A stretch of DNA of 64,000 bases from an uncultured Spirochaetota bacterium (GCA_963781885.1 CAWAHW010000004.1:544001-608000); one strand, 5' to 3'. Counted from the stretch's first letter, positions 39,134 to 49,498 are shown. Numbers and translations are program-made. The notes: generated from the sequence alone by a model not told the origin.

Positions 39134-40582
39134 TCACGCCTGGGCCGTTCGCTTGCTGCTTTCCTTTGCCGTCGCTCGCGGGCTGCGCGCCAGGCTGAGG
39201 AGACCCGCGCCGAGCGCGGCGGCCGCGGCAACCATGCACGTCACGCGAATCGCGTAGGAGAAAGCCCGGTCCCACCCCGCGCCGCGGGCTGCCGCGGAAA
39301 GGGACAGAGTGAAGCCGCGGGACGCCATGCAGGTTGCCAGAAGCGCCGCGGAGGCTGCCTCACCGAGCGCCATGCCGAGATTGCGCGTCGTGGCAAGTGC
39401 CGCGCCGCCCACGCCCCGCGCATCGGCTGGCACATTGCCCATCACGGCGCTGTTGTTCGGGGTCTGAAATGCGCCCAGTCCGATCCCGGTCAGGGCAAAG
39501 GCACCCAGGACGAGCCACGTGGGCGTGGCGGCGGTGAAGGTGCCGAAGAGACATTCACCGAGCGCCACGATGATCATCCCGCCGCAACTCAGCCATCGGC
39601 TGTCGAACCTATCGGACAGGGCGCCGCTCACCGGCGCGGCGATCATGAGGGCCGCGGACATCGGCAGCATCATGAGGCCCGAGGCGCTCGGCGCAAGCCC
39701 GCGCAGCCCCTGCAGGAAGTAGGGCCCCAGAAAAACCATGATGAACAACGACAGGTAGAAAAGAGCGGCGGCGAGGTTGCCGGCGGCAAAAACGCGGTTC
39801 CGGAACAGCCGCAGGGGCAGAAGGGGGCTCGCGGCCCGCCGCTCGGCAAGAACGAAGAGCACGCCAAGGACGATTCCCGCCAGGAGCAGCATCCAGACGA
39901 CCGCGGAGCCGGCGTCTCCGTCGCTGAACATGTCCAGCGACAGGAGCAGCGAGACGAGCGCGCCGACGATCAGGACGGCACCAAGAGGATCGAACCTGCC
40001 GGGCGCCCGCTCGCGGTCACGGCCGATCGTGCGGAGGGACAGCAGCGTGCCGATGACCCCGATCGGCAGGTTCACAAGGAAGATGCTTTTCCAGCCGTAG
40101 GCCGTGGCAAGCAGACCTCCCAGCGCAGGCCCCGCGCAGGAGGCAAGCGCAACGGCGATGGCGGTCATGCCGAGGGCCCGTCCCCGCCGCGCGGGGGGAA
40201 CAGCGCCAACGATAAGGGCATTCGCCGATGCCATCATAAGTGACGCGCTGAGCCCCTGCAGGATCCGGGACACGATCAGCCATTCGATCGATGGCGAAAG
40301 CGCGGAAAACAGCGAGCTCGCGGTGAACCCGATGAAGCCCGCGACGTACAGCCTCCTATGGCCCACCATGTCGGCCAGTCGCCCGAATGCGAGCAGAGAC
40401 GCGCTCAAGGCGAGAAGGTACGCGACCGCCACCCACTCCACTGCCGCGATCGTGGAATTGAAAGTGCGCTGCATCAGAGGGAGCGCCATGTTCACTGCAT
40501 TCGCATCGAAGCTGCACATGAACGTGCCCAAGGCCACCGTCAGGACGGTTGCCATTCCTGATTTCTCTTTTGTAAGACTCAT
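39134..40582 (-). CDS. MFS efflux transporter, DHA2 (14-TM) family
   Basis: AVNMALP, GRLADMVG, GPALGG, IFLVNLPIG, TPNNSAVM. Confidence 0.92.
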   Translation of the reverse strand: MSLTKEKSGMATVLTVALGTFMCSFDANAVNMALPLMQRTFNSTIAAVEWVAVAYLLALSASLLAFGRLADMVGHRRLYVAGFIGFTASSLFSALSPSIEWLIVSRILQGLSASLMMASANALIVGAVPPARRGRALGMTAIAVALASCAGPALGGLLATAYGWKSIFLVNLPIGVIGTLLSLRTIGRDRERAPGRFDPLGAVLIVGALVSLLLSLDMFSDGDAGSAVVWMLLLAGIVLGVLFVLAERRAASPLLPLRLFRNRVFAAGNLAAALFYLSLFIMVFLGPYFLQGLRGLAPSASGLMMLPMSAALMIAAPVSGALSDRFDSRWLSCGGMIIVALGECLFGTFTAATPTWLVLGAFALTGIGLGAFQTPNNSAVMGNVPADARGVGGAALATTRNLGMALGEAASAALLATCMASRGFTLSLSAAARGAGWDRAFSYAIRVTCMVAAAAALGAGLLSLARSPRATAKESSKRTAQA

Positions 40583-40596
40583 CTGCCTCTCCTATT

Positions 40597-40698
40597 AATA
40601 AGAATAACTATTCGTATTCATATACCAATCGCAAGAAGAAATCAATACGAATAAGAATATTTATTTCTATTGACAGATAAGAAGCCGGCGACTATCAT
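40597..40698. promoter_or_regulatory. AT-rich TetR operator pair and promoter
   Basis: AATAAGAATA-AC-TATTCGTATT (40597-40618), related site at 40644-40665, TTGACA-N17-TATCAT (40670-40698). Confidence 0.7.
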
Positions 40699-40710
40699 GA
40701 TTGAGAAGTC

Positions 40711-41326
40711 ATGGCAGAAATGAAAAAGACGCGCTTGCCCCAACAGCGACGCAGCATCGACAAGAAAAAGAAGATCATCGACGCGGCATATGAGGTTTTC
40801 TGCGCGAAGGGCTTCTACAAGACCACGACGATCGAGATCGCCCGGCGGGCAGGCGTTTCCATCGGCTGCCTCTACTCGTATTTCGCGGACAAGAACGACC
40901 TCTTCACGGTGATCCTGGACCGATACGACGCCGAGTTCGACGCGCTGCGCGTGCAGTCATTGGAGCCCGTGAACGGCACGCCGCGCTCCCATGCGGACGT
41001 CGTCCGCGCCGTCATGATGGCGCTCCTGGAGGAGCACGAGGCCTCCCGGGAGCTCAATCGGGAAATCATGATGCTCTCCTTCTCAGACCCCGCTATCGCT
41101 GCCCGGAAGAGAGCGGCAGGCCGCGAGGATCCAGGAGGTCGTTCGGAGCTACCTGGCGGCCAATCGGGAGGCCCTGCAGCCCATCGATCTGGATGCCGCG
41201 ACCGTGGTGGTCTGGAAGACCATCAGCAGCCTTGTCGACGCAATTGTCTTTGAGCCGCAAACCATCGACCGGCGGCGCATAATCGACGCGACCGTCGATG
41301 CCTTGTGCGCGTATCTGCTGAAGTAG
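40711..41326 (+). CDS. TetR/AcrR family regulator (indel near 41113)
   Basis: IIDAAYEVF...IARRAGVSIGCLYSYFADK; the C-terminus ...DALCAYLLK* is in the +1 frame. Confidence 0.87.
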
Positions 41327-41346
41327 CCCGCGGGTGAACCCGACTC

Positions 41347-42492
41347 CTATCGGGTAAAGGTCCGGGCGGTTTCCTTCAGCAAATCGCGGATGGGAAGACC
41401 CTGCGGGCAGATCTCTTCACACTTGCCGCACTCGACGCAGGCGTCCGGCTTGCCGGTAATGCGGGTGTAGCCCGTGAGCCACGTATCCCGGGTGCTCCAC
41501 ATGGAGGCAGCGTTGAGGGCTGCCAGCACCTCGGGAATCTGCACCCCCTCGGGACAGGGCTGGCAATAGCGGCAGGCCGTGCAGTCGGCCTTGATCCGTG
41601 AACGAAGGGCTGCCCGCGCCGCCCCGTAGACCGTGATCTGCTCGGGTGAGAGCGCGTTCGCCGAGGCGTGGTCGGCGACGCGGAGATTCTCCGCCACCTG
41701 CGCCGCGTCGTTCATGCCGGAAAGCAGGAGACTGACGCCGGGCTCGTTCCATACGTAGCGCAGCGCCCACTCCGCGGGGCTCCACCCCTCGGGCCGCCGA
41801 TCGAAGATCGCTTTCATCTCCGTCGGCAAATTCCGCGCCAGTCGTCCGCCCTTCAGCGGCTCCATGACGACGACGCCGATTCCCTTGCCCGCCGCGTAGC
41901 GAAGCCCGTCGACCCCTGCCTGGTAATCGCCGTCCATGTAGTTGTGCTGCAGCTGCGCCATGGCCCACCCGTCGTACTGGTCGATGATCCGGGGGAACTC
42001 GTCCTTCTGGCCGTGAAAGGAGAAGGCGGCATGACGGATGCGGCCGCGCCGGCGCTCCGCGTCGAGGAACTCGCGCACGCCCAGGCCGCACATGCGGTCC
42101 CATGCTTCTCCATCGAGGCCATGGACGAGGTAAAAGTCGATGTGGTCGGTCTGAAGGCGCTCGAGCTGCCGCGTGAGGTAGCTTTCCATCTCGTCCGACG
42201 TCTTGATGATCTGTTGCGGGAGCTTCGTGGCAAGCAGGACGCGGTCACGCCAGCCCCCCGCGAGGGCGCGGCCGACGACAGGCTCGCTCTGCCCCTGCTG
42301 CCCGAAGGAAGTGGCATGGTAGAACCAGGCCGTGTCCACGTAATTGACGCCCTTGTCGATCGCCTCGTGAAGGAGGCGCGTTGTCGCCGCCTCATCGATC
42401 TTGTCGGGGGAGCCCGCGGTCGGCAATCTCATGCAGCCGAAACCAAGCACGGACACCTCGATCCCTGTGCGTCCAAGAGCACGATAGCGCAT
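41347..42492 (-). CDS. Aldo/keto reductase with C-terminal 2x[4Fe-4S] domain
   Basis: LGFGCMRLP, YVDTAW, ATKLP, MEPLKGG, CTACRYCQPCP, CVECGKCEEICP. Confidence 0.9.
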   Translation of the reverse strand: MRYRALGRTGIEVSVLGFGCMRLPTAGSPDKIDEAATTRLLHEAIDKGVNYVDTAWFYHATSFGQQGQSEPVVGRALAGGWRDRVLLATKLPQQIIKTSDEMESYLTRQLERLQTDHIDFYLVHGLDGEAWDRMCGLGVREFLDAERRRGRIRHAAFSFHGQKDEFPRIIDQYDGWAMAQLQHNYMDGDYQAGVDGLRYAAGKGIGVVVMEPLKGGRLARNLPTEMKAIFDRRPEGWSPAEWALRYVWNEPGVSLLLSGMNDAAQVAENLRVADHASANALSPEQITVYGAARAALRSRIKADCTACRYCQPCPEGVQIPEVLAALNAASMWSTRDTWLTGYTRITGKPDACVECGKCEEICPQGLPIRDLLKETARTFTR

Positions 42493-42614
42493 ACGAACCT
42501 CTTTCTCTCAGCTTTGAGACGGAGAATGCAACTTGATGGTGATTGCCAAAAGGATACCCGAATGGCAGGCGCCCGGCAAGGCCGCGCCCGGGAAACTCTT
42601 AGGGCGCACCTTTG

Positions 42615-43445
42615 TCAAGCTTCCGGCGGCATCCGCGCATCGATGGGGAAGCTCTTCAAATCCTCAGCCAGCTCGACAGGCCCCGCGTACTCCTCGCGGA
42701 CGCGCGCGACGATCGGCTCGTTCATGACTTCCCGGTAGAAGTGGGTCAACACGAGGCGCTTCACACCCGCCATTCGCGCAAGCCTTCCCGCAAGTCGCGG
42801 GGTCAGGTGTCCTTCCACCTTGCGCTCATCCGGCATCGAGCATTCCAGCAGGGCGCAATCGGCCCCCCGCATGAGCGGGAGCAGCTCCTCGTTGTAGTCG
42901 GTGTCTCCGCTGTAGAAGAGCGCCACGCCGCGCTCGTCGGTGATCCGATAACAGACGCTGCCCGCGGTGTGGCCGGTGAGACCCGCCTCGATTCTGAGAA
43001 AGCGGCCGGCCGGCCGCGCGTCGAACCTTGCCACCGCGCCCGCTGCGGAGCGTTCAAGCGTGAGAGGCTTCCCCGGCTCCATCGCCTGGATGTCGAGTTG
43101 CAGGTCGGCAATCTCATCCACGCGCCTGCCGAGCCATTTGACGTGCTGGCGAAGCTCGGTCGGGCCGACGAGGGTCAGGCTTCGGTCGCCCCCGTCCAGG
43201 GTTGCAAGCCATCGGGAAACCAGCAGGGGACCGAGATCGGAGACGTGGTCCAGGTGAAAATGGGTGATGAGGATTGGATCGACGCTGGTCACGGCGACAT
43301 CGATCTCCGTGAGCCGGTACAGAGTGCCCGGCCCGCAGTCGATGAGCGCCGGCCCCTGGTCGGTCTGCAGAAGGTACCCCGCGCATCCGTGGCCTTTCGA
43401 CGGAAGGATCGTCCCTGAACCGAGGATCGTGAGGGAGACCATCAT
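42615..43445 (-). CDS. MBL-fold hydrolase, RNase Z/BN-like
   Basis: ILGSG, IDCGPG, THFHLDH, YSGDT, HLT, LTHF. Confidence 0.87.
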   Translation of the reverse strand: MMVSLTILGSGTILPSKGHGCAGYLLQTDQGPALIDCGPGTLYRLTEIDVAVTSVDPILITHFHLDHVSDLGPLLVSRWLATLDGGDRSLTLVGPTELRQHVKWLGRRVDEIADLQLDIQAMEPGKPLTLERSAAGAVARFDARPAGRFLRIEAGLTGHTAGSVCYRITDERGVALFYSGDTDYNEELLPLMRGADCALLECSMPDERKVEGHLTPRLAGRLARMAGVKRLVLTHFYREVMNEPIVARVREEYAGPVELAEDLKSFPIDARMPPEA

Positions 43446-44536
43446 GGCGTGGCCTCTTCGACAAGGGCATGAAGCCTTCGCGGATCGAGGCGAAGGTAGA
43501 TCGTGCCGCGAAGCATTCCCTTCTCCATCACCCCGGGGTCGTCGGCCACCATGGTCCGCTCGTCCACCCTGATCCAGTAGCGGGCGTGTGACCCCTCGAA
43601 GATCGAGTTGACGATCTCGCCGACGAGCAGGTTGTCGTCGATGGCGGGAGGCGCGGAGAGAATCTCGATCGCCTCGGGCCTGCAGCAGAGGGTCACGGGG
43701 CCGCCGACCCGCACGGATGCCCCCGCGAGCTCGTCGTTCTCCACGCGGAGGACCGCGCCGCCGGCCTGCACGGTGAGGTTGCGTCCCGCGATGGCGCTCA
43801 CGCTCCCGGGAATCATGTTCGCTGTGCCGACGAAATCGGCCACGAACGCGGTGCGCGGCCGGTAGTAGATATCCCGCGGGCTCCCCACCTGCACCACCCT
43901 GCCGTCGTTCATCACGGTGATGAAGTCGGAGAGCGCAAGCGCCTCGCTCTGATCGTGCGTCACGTAGATCGTCGTGATGCCGAGGTTCTGCTGGAGCTGG
44001 CGCAGCTCGGCGCGTATGTTCATCCGCAGCTTCGCATCGAGGTTGGAGAGCGGCTCATCGAGGAGCAGGACCTCCGGCTCCATGACGAGCGCCCGGGCAA
44101 GGGCGACCCGCTGCTGCTGCCCGCCGGAGATCTGGCCGGGGGCGCGCTTTTCAAGACCGCCGATGCCAAGATACGCCGAGGTTCGATCCAGTCGACGCCG
44201 GATCTCGTCGGCGGGCAGCTTCTTCAGCCGAAGCCCGTAGCCGATGTTCTCACCAACCGTCATGTGCGGAAAAAGCGCGTAATCCTGGAAGACCATGATG
44301 GCGTTGCGCTGGTGCGACGGAACGTCGTTGATCACGCGATCTCCAATGCGGATCTCCCCGCGATCCGCCGCGTAGAAGCCCGCAATGGTTCGAAGCATCG
44401 TTGTCTTGCCGCAGCCGCTCGGCCCCAGCAGGGTCATGAGACAGCCTTTCGGAATTTCAAGGCAGATGTCCTTGAGAACCTCCACCGGTCCGAAGCGCTT
44501 GGAGACGTGACTGATGGTGAGGTGAGCCGCGCTCAT
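43442..44536 (-). CDS. ABC importer ATPase (PotA/FbpC/AfuC-like)
   Basis: GPSGCGKT, FQDYALFPHM, SGGQQQR, DEPLSNLD, TOBE tail. Confidence 0.93.
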   Translation of the reverse strand: MSAAHLTISHVSKRFGPVEVLKDICLEIPKGCLMTLLGPSGCGKTTMLRTIAGFYAADRGEIRIGDRVINDVPSHQRNAIMVFQDYALFPHMTVGENIGYGLRLKKLPADEIRRRLDRTSAYLGIGGLEKRAPGQISGGQQQRVALARALVMEPEVLLLDEPLSNLDAKLRMNIRAELRQLQQNLGITTIYVTHDQSEALALSDFITVMNDGRVVQVGSPRDIYYRPRTAFVADFVGTANMIPGSVSAIAGRNLTVQAGGAVLRVENDELAGASVRVGGPVTLCCRPEAIEILSAPPAIDDNLLVGEIVNSIFEGSHARYWIRVDERTMVADDPGVMEKGMLRGTIYLRLDPRRLHALVEEATP

Positions 44537-46158
44537 GTGCGGACCTCCGTTCCGCTGAAGAGGTCAAGCCGCTTGCCGACCAGGAGCTTCGCAATCCCGA
44601 GGACCGCAAAGGAAACCACCAGGAGCACGGTGGTGAGCGCCGCGGCCCTGCCGTAGAAGCCGTCGTTGACGAAGTTCATGATTGAAAAGGTTGCAACCGA
44701 GTTCGACGCGGTGGCGATGAAAACGATGACGCTCAAGGTGGTGATCGAGCGGATGAAGGACATGATGAAGGCGGACAAGAAGGGCCCCCGCAGGAGCGGC
44801 GCCTCGATCTGGCGGAAGATCTGCATGCTGCGTGCCCCCAGGTTCGAGGCAGCCTCGCCGAGCGAGGGGGAGATCTGCTTCAGGGAGCTGATCCCGGTCT
44901 GGTAGCCGGTCGAGATGTTCCAGAAGAGCATGCTCAGGATGATGATCGCGGCCGTGCCATACAGATCCATTGGCCTGCTGGTAAAGGAGATCGCATAGCC
45001 GATTCCAAGGAAGATGCCCGGCAGCGCCGCGGGCAGAATGCAGGCGAAGTCGACGAAACCGCGCAGGGAGAAGCGCGCGCGGCTGACCACGTACGCGGCG
45101 ATCAGGGAGAAGAGCGCGGCAGCCCCGCCGGCGATCACGGAGAACGCCAGGCTGCGCAGGAGCTCCGGCGACTGCGTGAGCACCCCGCTCACCCACTTCA
45201 GCGTCGGCGTCCAGTCAAAGCCCCATCCGTTCACAAAGGCTCCGACGACAAGCGCCACGTAGACGAGGACGATCATCAGGGAGACGAGGGCGCAGAAGAC
45301 GAAGAGAAGCACCTTCACCCATGGGGCGACCGGCTCCGGTTCGATCGAGGCGATCTTGCCCGTGATCGTCACGTAGGAGCGGCGGCTCACCCAGAATCGC
45401 TGCACGACGAAGATGATCACGGACGGCACGAGAAGAACCGAAGAGAGCGCGGCCGCTCCCTTGATGTCCGCCCACCCGACGACTCGGAGCCACGCCTCCG
45501 TGGCGAGGACCGAATAGTCCCCTGAGATCATGATCGGGTTGCCGAAGTCCGCCAGCACGAGGATCGCCACCAGAAGCGCGGCTCCCGCGACCCCCGGGCG
45601 CGCGAGGGGAAGGGTGACCGTGCGGAAGAGCTTGAAGCCCGTTGCCCCGAGGTTTCTGCCTGCGTACTCGAGGCTCGGCGGAATGGAGCGCAGGACCCCC
45701 TCCATCGTCATCGCGGCGACGGGGAAGAAGGAGATCGTCTCCGAAAGCCACAGCCCATGCCAGCCCATGATGTTGGTGCGCACGCCGAAGATGCCCGTCG
45801 TGATGAGCCCGTTGCGGCCGAACATCATCAGGTAGCTGAAGGCCACCATGAAGGGGGGCGAGAAGAGGGGCAGGATCGAGATCCCCTTGAAAAGCTGCCG
45901 CAGCGGAAGGTCGGTTTTCGTGACGCTGTAGGCGAAGAGAAAGCCGAAGAGGGTGCAGCTGGCCGTCGACAGGAGGACCATGACAAGGCTGTGGACCATC
46001 GCGCGCATGTAGCGCCGATCGAGGAACAGGGTGAGGAAATCACGAGGCGCCGGGAATGCGAAGACGCGAATGATGGGATAGATGACGAAGAGAAGGAGCG
46101 AGATGACGATGATCGCAATCGTTGCAAGAAGCACGGGCTCGCGCCAGATCCTCTTCAT
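44533..46158 (-). CDS. ABC importer permease (FbpB/AfuB-like, duplicated domain)
   Basis: SPPF, LEYAGRNLGA, DFGNP, EAASNLGA. Confidence 0.9.
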   Translation of the reverse strand: MKRIWREPVLLATIAIIVISLLLFVIYPIIRVFAFPAPRDFLTLFLDRRYMRAMVHSLVMVLLSTASCTLFGFLFAYSVTKTDLPLRQLFKGISILPLFSPPFMVAFSYLMMFGRNGLITTGIFGVRTNIMGWHGLWLSETISFFPVAAMTMEGVLRSIPPSLEYAGRNLGATGFKLFRTVTLPLARPGVAGAALLVAILVLADFGNPIMISGDYSVLATEAWLRVVGWADIKGAAALSSVLLVPSVIIFVVQRFWVSRRSYVTITGKIASIEPEPVAPWVKVLLFVFCALVSLMIVLVYVALVVGAFVNGWGFDWTPTLKWVSGVLTQSPELLRSLAFSVIAGGAAALFSLIAAYVVSRARFSLRGFVDFACILPAALPGIFLGIGYAISFTSRPMDLYGTAAIIILSMLFWNISTGYQTGISSLKQISPSLGEAASNLGARSMQIFRQIEAPLLRGPFLSAFIMSFIRSITTLSVIVFIATASNSVATFSIMNFVNDGFYGRAAALTTVLLVVSFAVLGIAKLLVGKRLDLFSGTEVRT

Positions 46159-46178
46159 GTCTCCTCCCTCGAGAGCGT

Positions 46179-46278
46179 GCCGCACGCCGCATGGTGCAGG
46201 CGTGCGGCGGTTTCATGGAATCGTGCGTGGGTGCTGAAATCAGCCCCGCCGGGCGGGCGCGGATGCCTTGCCCGGCGG
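46179..46278. repeat. Two GC-rich stem-loops downstream of the SBP gene
   Basis: GCCGCACGCC/GGCGTGCGGC (46179-46208) and CCGCCGGGC/GCCCGGCGG (46246-46278). Confidence 0.65.
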
Positions 46279-46289
46279 CGCATCTCCTT

Positions 46290-47315
46290 CTACTTCCCGG
46301 TGACCGCGCTCCACTGCTTCTTCCAGGGATCCACGCTGGTGGCCGCGGCTTTCAGGTCCCATGGCGCAAGCGTGATCGAGGAGAAGGGGGGCATCGCCGA
46401 GGGAAGGGCCACGTCCCCGCGCACGGGATAGCGGAAGCCGTTCTCGACATTGATCTTCTCCGCGGCAGCCGACAGAAGAAAATCGATGAACTGTCGTGCC
46501 GCGTTCGGGTGCGCCGCACCCTTGAGAATCGAGGCGCCGCCGATCTCGAACGCGTCGTCTTTCGGGAACACGACCGTGACCGGGAGATTGCCCTGGAGCT
46601 TTTGCTTGATCGTGTCGTGACCCCATGCAACGCCGATGATCGACTGCCCCTGCGCGACAAGCGCAATCGAGCCATTGGCGCCGTTGGTGTACTGGGCGAC
46701 GTTGGCGTCGAGCTTCTTCACGTAGTCGAAGCCCGCCTGCTCACCGCCGAGCCGGAAGATCTGCGCCGCCAGGAAGAGGTAGCCCCCGCCCGCGGTGACG
46801 GGATTCGCCACAAGCACCTCGCCCTTGTAGGCCGGGTTCAGAAGGTCATCCCAGGTGGTGGGCGGCTTGATCCCCTTGGAGGCGACCTCATCGGCAAAGC
46901 GCTTGTTGTTGTAGAGGATGCACAGCGCGCCGAAGTACCAGCCGGACCAGTAGCCGGCGGGATCCTCGAACTTCGGGTCGATGCCTGCCGCCTTGATCAC
47001 GGGAGAGACGTAGGGCTGCAGATAGCCGCCGGCGGCCAGGTCAGAGTGGAAGTTCGAGTTGCCGCCGATGACGACATCCGCCCGCGCGTTGGCCGCCTCG
47101 GCCTTCACGCGCGCCGACACGGTTCCCGCCTCCTCGATCTGCAGCGCGATCTGCGCGTCGATTCCGGTCTGCTGCTTGAACGCCGCGGCAAGGTCATTGG
47201 CCGTCTTTGTATCCAACGCCGCGTAGATGATCACCTTGCCTTCACTCGTCTGACCCGCGGCGAAGAGCGGCAGGGCAAGGACAGCCACGAAAAGCACGCA
47301 GAGAAGTTTCTTCAT
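46290..47315 (-). CDS. ABC solute-binding protein (AfuA/Fe3+/2-AEP-like)
   Basis: Signal peptide, RVKAEAANARADV, PTTWDDLLNPAYKG, ANPVTAG. Confidence 0.87.
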   Translation of the reverse strand: MKKLLCVLFVAVLALPLFAAGQTSEGKVIIYAALDTKTANDLAAAFKQQTGIDAQIALQIEEAGTVSARVKAEAANARADVVIGGNSNFHSDLAAGGYLQPYVSPVIKAAGIDPKFEDPAGYWSGWYFGALCILYNNKRFADEVASKGIKPPTTWDDLLNPAYKGEVLVANPVTAGGGYLFLAAQIFRLGGEQAGFDYVKKLDANVAQYTNGANGSIALVAQGQSIIGVAWGHDTIKQKLQGNLPVTVVFPKDDAFEIGGASILKGAAHPNAARQFIDFLLSAAAEKINVENGFRYPVRGDVALPSAMPPFSSITLAPWDLKAAATSVDPWKKQWSAVTGK

Positions 47316-47319
47316 TTCC

Positions 47320-48423
47320 TTACTCCCCTTTCTCAAAAAGATACTTTTCCTCGGGGTGCATTCCCGGCAACGCCGGTGGGCACCCGCAGGATTGCCTGAT
47401 CACGAGCCGGGTGGGAAGGATGATGCGCGAGGCGCTGATCGTTGCCCCCTCGATGGCCATCACCATGTTCTCCATCGCGACGGCCCCGATCTCGTGCATC
47501 GGCTGCCGCACCGTGGTGAGGGGCGGGCCGAGGTACTCGGCGAAAAAGGTGTCGTCGAATCCGGCAAGCGCGATGTCCTGAGGGACGCGGATCCCGCGCT
47601 CGTTCAAGTAATGCAGAACCCCGAGCGCCATGTGGTCGTTTGCGGCAAAGACCGCGTCGACATTCGCGTGGGCAAGCCTCTCCTCGGCGATCCGATAGGC
47701 GCAGTCCCGAGAAAAATCCCCCTGGGCCGAGGAAAGAGATGCAAGGTCGTAGCCTTTCTCGCTCAGTCCAAGCTTGAACCCATAGGCCCTGTCGTTTGAA
47801 TCGAGGTTGTTGGGCGCCCCCGCAATGAAGAGTATCCGTTTGAAGGAATGATCCACGAAGTGGTGCGCCATCTCCCGCGCCCCGCCGACGTTGTCGACCA
47901 TGATCGCGCGCGCGTCCTTCTCCTCCGGCGTCCCGATGAAGATGAAGGGGACCCCGTTTCGACGAAGCCGGCCCAGGAGGGCACGGTCGTGCTCGGGGTC
48001 GCGCGAGTGGCGGATGATGTATCCGTCGGCCATTGCGGATTCGACGAGGCTCGCAACCGAGCGCGCGCTCTGCCTCGTCTTGAGAATGACGTGGTATCCC
48101 TTGTCTTGGGCGACCCGATCGGCCCCTTCCAGCAGATCCGAATAGTAGGGGCTGGAGATGTCGGGCAGAAGCACCGCCACCGCGCGCATCTTCCCCCCCG
48201 ACAGCGCGCTGGCCGCGGCATTGGGGATATAGCCCAGCTTTCCGATTGCGCTTCTCACGCTCGTCGCGGTGGCGGGTTTGACGTTGCCGTCGTTGTTGAT
48301 CACCCGCGAGACCGTGGCGCGCGAAAACCCCGTTGAACGGGCGACATCCTCGATCGTGGCGCGTCCCGTCGGACGCTTTTCGGGCGTGCTTTTTGTCTTT
48401 TTACGTCCGGATCGATTCGTCAT
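47320..48423 (-). CDS. LacI family regulator
   Basis: TIEDVARSTGFSRATVSRVIN, VDNVGG, ANDHMA, GFDD, LTTVRQP. Confidence 0.93.
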   Translation of the reverse strand: MTNRSGRKKTKSTPEKRPTGRATIEDVARSTGFSRATVSRVINNDGNVKPATATSVRSAIGKLGYIPNAAASALSGGKMRAVAVLLPDISSPYYSDLLEGADRVAQDKGYHVILKTRQSARSVASLVESAMADGYIIRHSRDPEHDRALLGRLRRNGVPFIFIGTPEEKDARAIMVDNVGGAREMAHHFVDHSFKRILFIAGAPNNLDSNDRAYGFKLGLSEKGYDLASLSSAQGDFSRDCAYRIAEERLAHANVDAVFAANDHMALGVLHYLNERGIRVPQDIALAGFDDTFFAEYLGPPLTTVRQPMHEIGAVAMENMVMAIEGATISASRIILPTRLVIRQSCGCPPALPGMHPEEKYLFEKGE

Positions 48424-48424
48424 A

Positions 48425-48469
48425 TTGGTAGCGGTCCCAAAATGTAGCATTGATCATCTCGGGACGCAA
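48425..48469 (-). promoter_or_regulatory. Promoter and LacI-type operator
   Basis: TTGCGT-N17-TACATT, then TTGGGACCGCTACCAA (48425-48440) just before the ATG. Confidence 0.72.
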
Positions 48470-48511
48470 GCTTTATTTTTCAGGAGTCAGCATCGGACCC
48501 AGCCATGCCCC

Positions 48512-48595
48512 TCAATCCGTGAGGACCTCTCCGAGCTCCCGGATCTCGAGCTCCCCGAGTGCGCCAAGCCTTCGCACCCCGCCGTGCTCAGTCAT
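48512..48595 (-). pseudogene. Possible truncated GNAT acetyltransferase N-terminus (27 aa)
   Basis: MTEHGGVRRLGALGELEIRELGEVLTD*, preceded by TTGCCG-N17-TACCAT-N6-ATG; resembles the L..VL.DCV start of Ttr-like GNATs. Confidence 0.4.
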
Positions 48596-48688
48596 GCGCG
48601 CATGGTAGCGGACAGCGCCGACCACGGCAATGGACGGAGCCCGGATTGCCGGTCCCGGCCACCGGCAGACGCTGCAGGTCGTCAGGTG

Positions 48689-49498
48689 TCACTCCGGGGC
48701 ATATCCCATTTCGGTCAGGTTCGACGCCACCTTCGCCGCAATGAAAGCAACGGACTCCTGCAGGCTTTCCTCGCCCCTCCTCGCCGACGCGCTCCGACGG
48801 GGATCGTCCCGCGCCGTAAAATCGGCCGCAGGCCGACCGTCAAAGGTAGGTCCGTCCACGATCGCCCAGCGAACGTTGTAGAGAGGCTCCGGCAGCGGTG
48901 GCAAGGTGGAGAGGTCGACCGATTCGGGGAAAAGAGCCATTACCTGCGACGTTTCGTCTCCACCCGCATGGCCCGGGTCTGTCGAGTCCTGACGTGCCTT
49001 GTCCCAAGCGGAAACAGAGATCACTCTCGCCGGCCCCCTGGCGGTGAACTCCGCGCGCAGGCGTTCGATTGTCGCAACGTGATTGGCCGCGCCGTGACCG
49101 TTGAGGATCACGATCAACCGGTAGCCCTGCTGCACCAGCAGGTCGAGCGTTTCCCGCAGCAGGAGAGCCAGGTACTCTTCACGGTAATACAGGCTCTTGA
49201 GGATGTTGGCCGGGAAATCCATGCCCACGATCCACTCATCACCCTTGAAGCCGATGTTGCGCAGGAGCTCGGGAGAGCGCTCGCGCTCGGTGCCGCAAAA
49301 GAAAGGCGGCAGGACCACCCCGCCGACCCTGGCGGCCACCCGCAGGGCGACCCTATGGGCAACCAAAGGGTCCGTCCCCAGAGGCAGGTGAGGTCCATGC
49401 CACTCCAGCGGTCCCACGGGCAGGAAGATGAGCGGCCGCTGCTGCATTTCCGCGACGATCTCCGCCGGGCGCAGGTGCTCGAATTGGCGTTCTCTCAT
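48689..49498 (-). CDS. Creatininase-family amidohydrolase
   Basis: PVGPLEWHGPHLPLGTD, NGHG, HAGGDETS. Confidence 0.9.
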   Translation of the reverse strand: MRERQFEHLRPAEIVAEMQQRPLIFLPVGPLEWHGPHLPLGTDPLVAHRVALRVAARVGGVVLPPFFCGTERERSPELLRNIGFKGDEWIVGMDFPANILKSLYYREEYLALLLRETLDLLVQQGYRLIVILNGHGAANHVATIERLRAEFTARGPARVISVSAWDKARQDSTDPGHAGGDETSQVMALFPESVDLSTLPPLPEPLYNVRWAIVDGPTFDGRPAADFTARDDPRRSASARRGEESLQESVAFIAAKVASNLTEMGYAPE

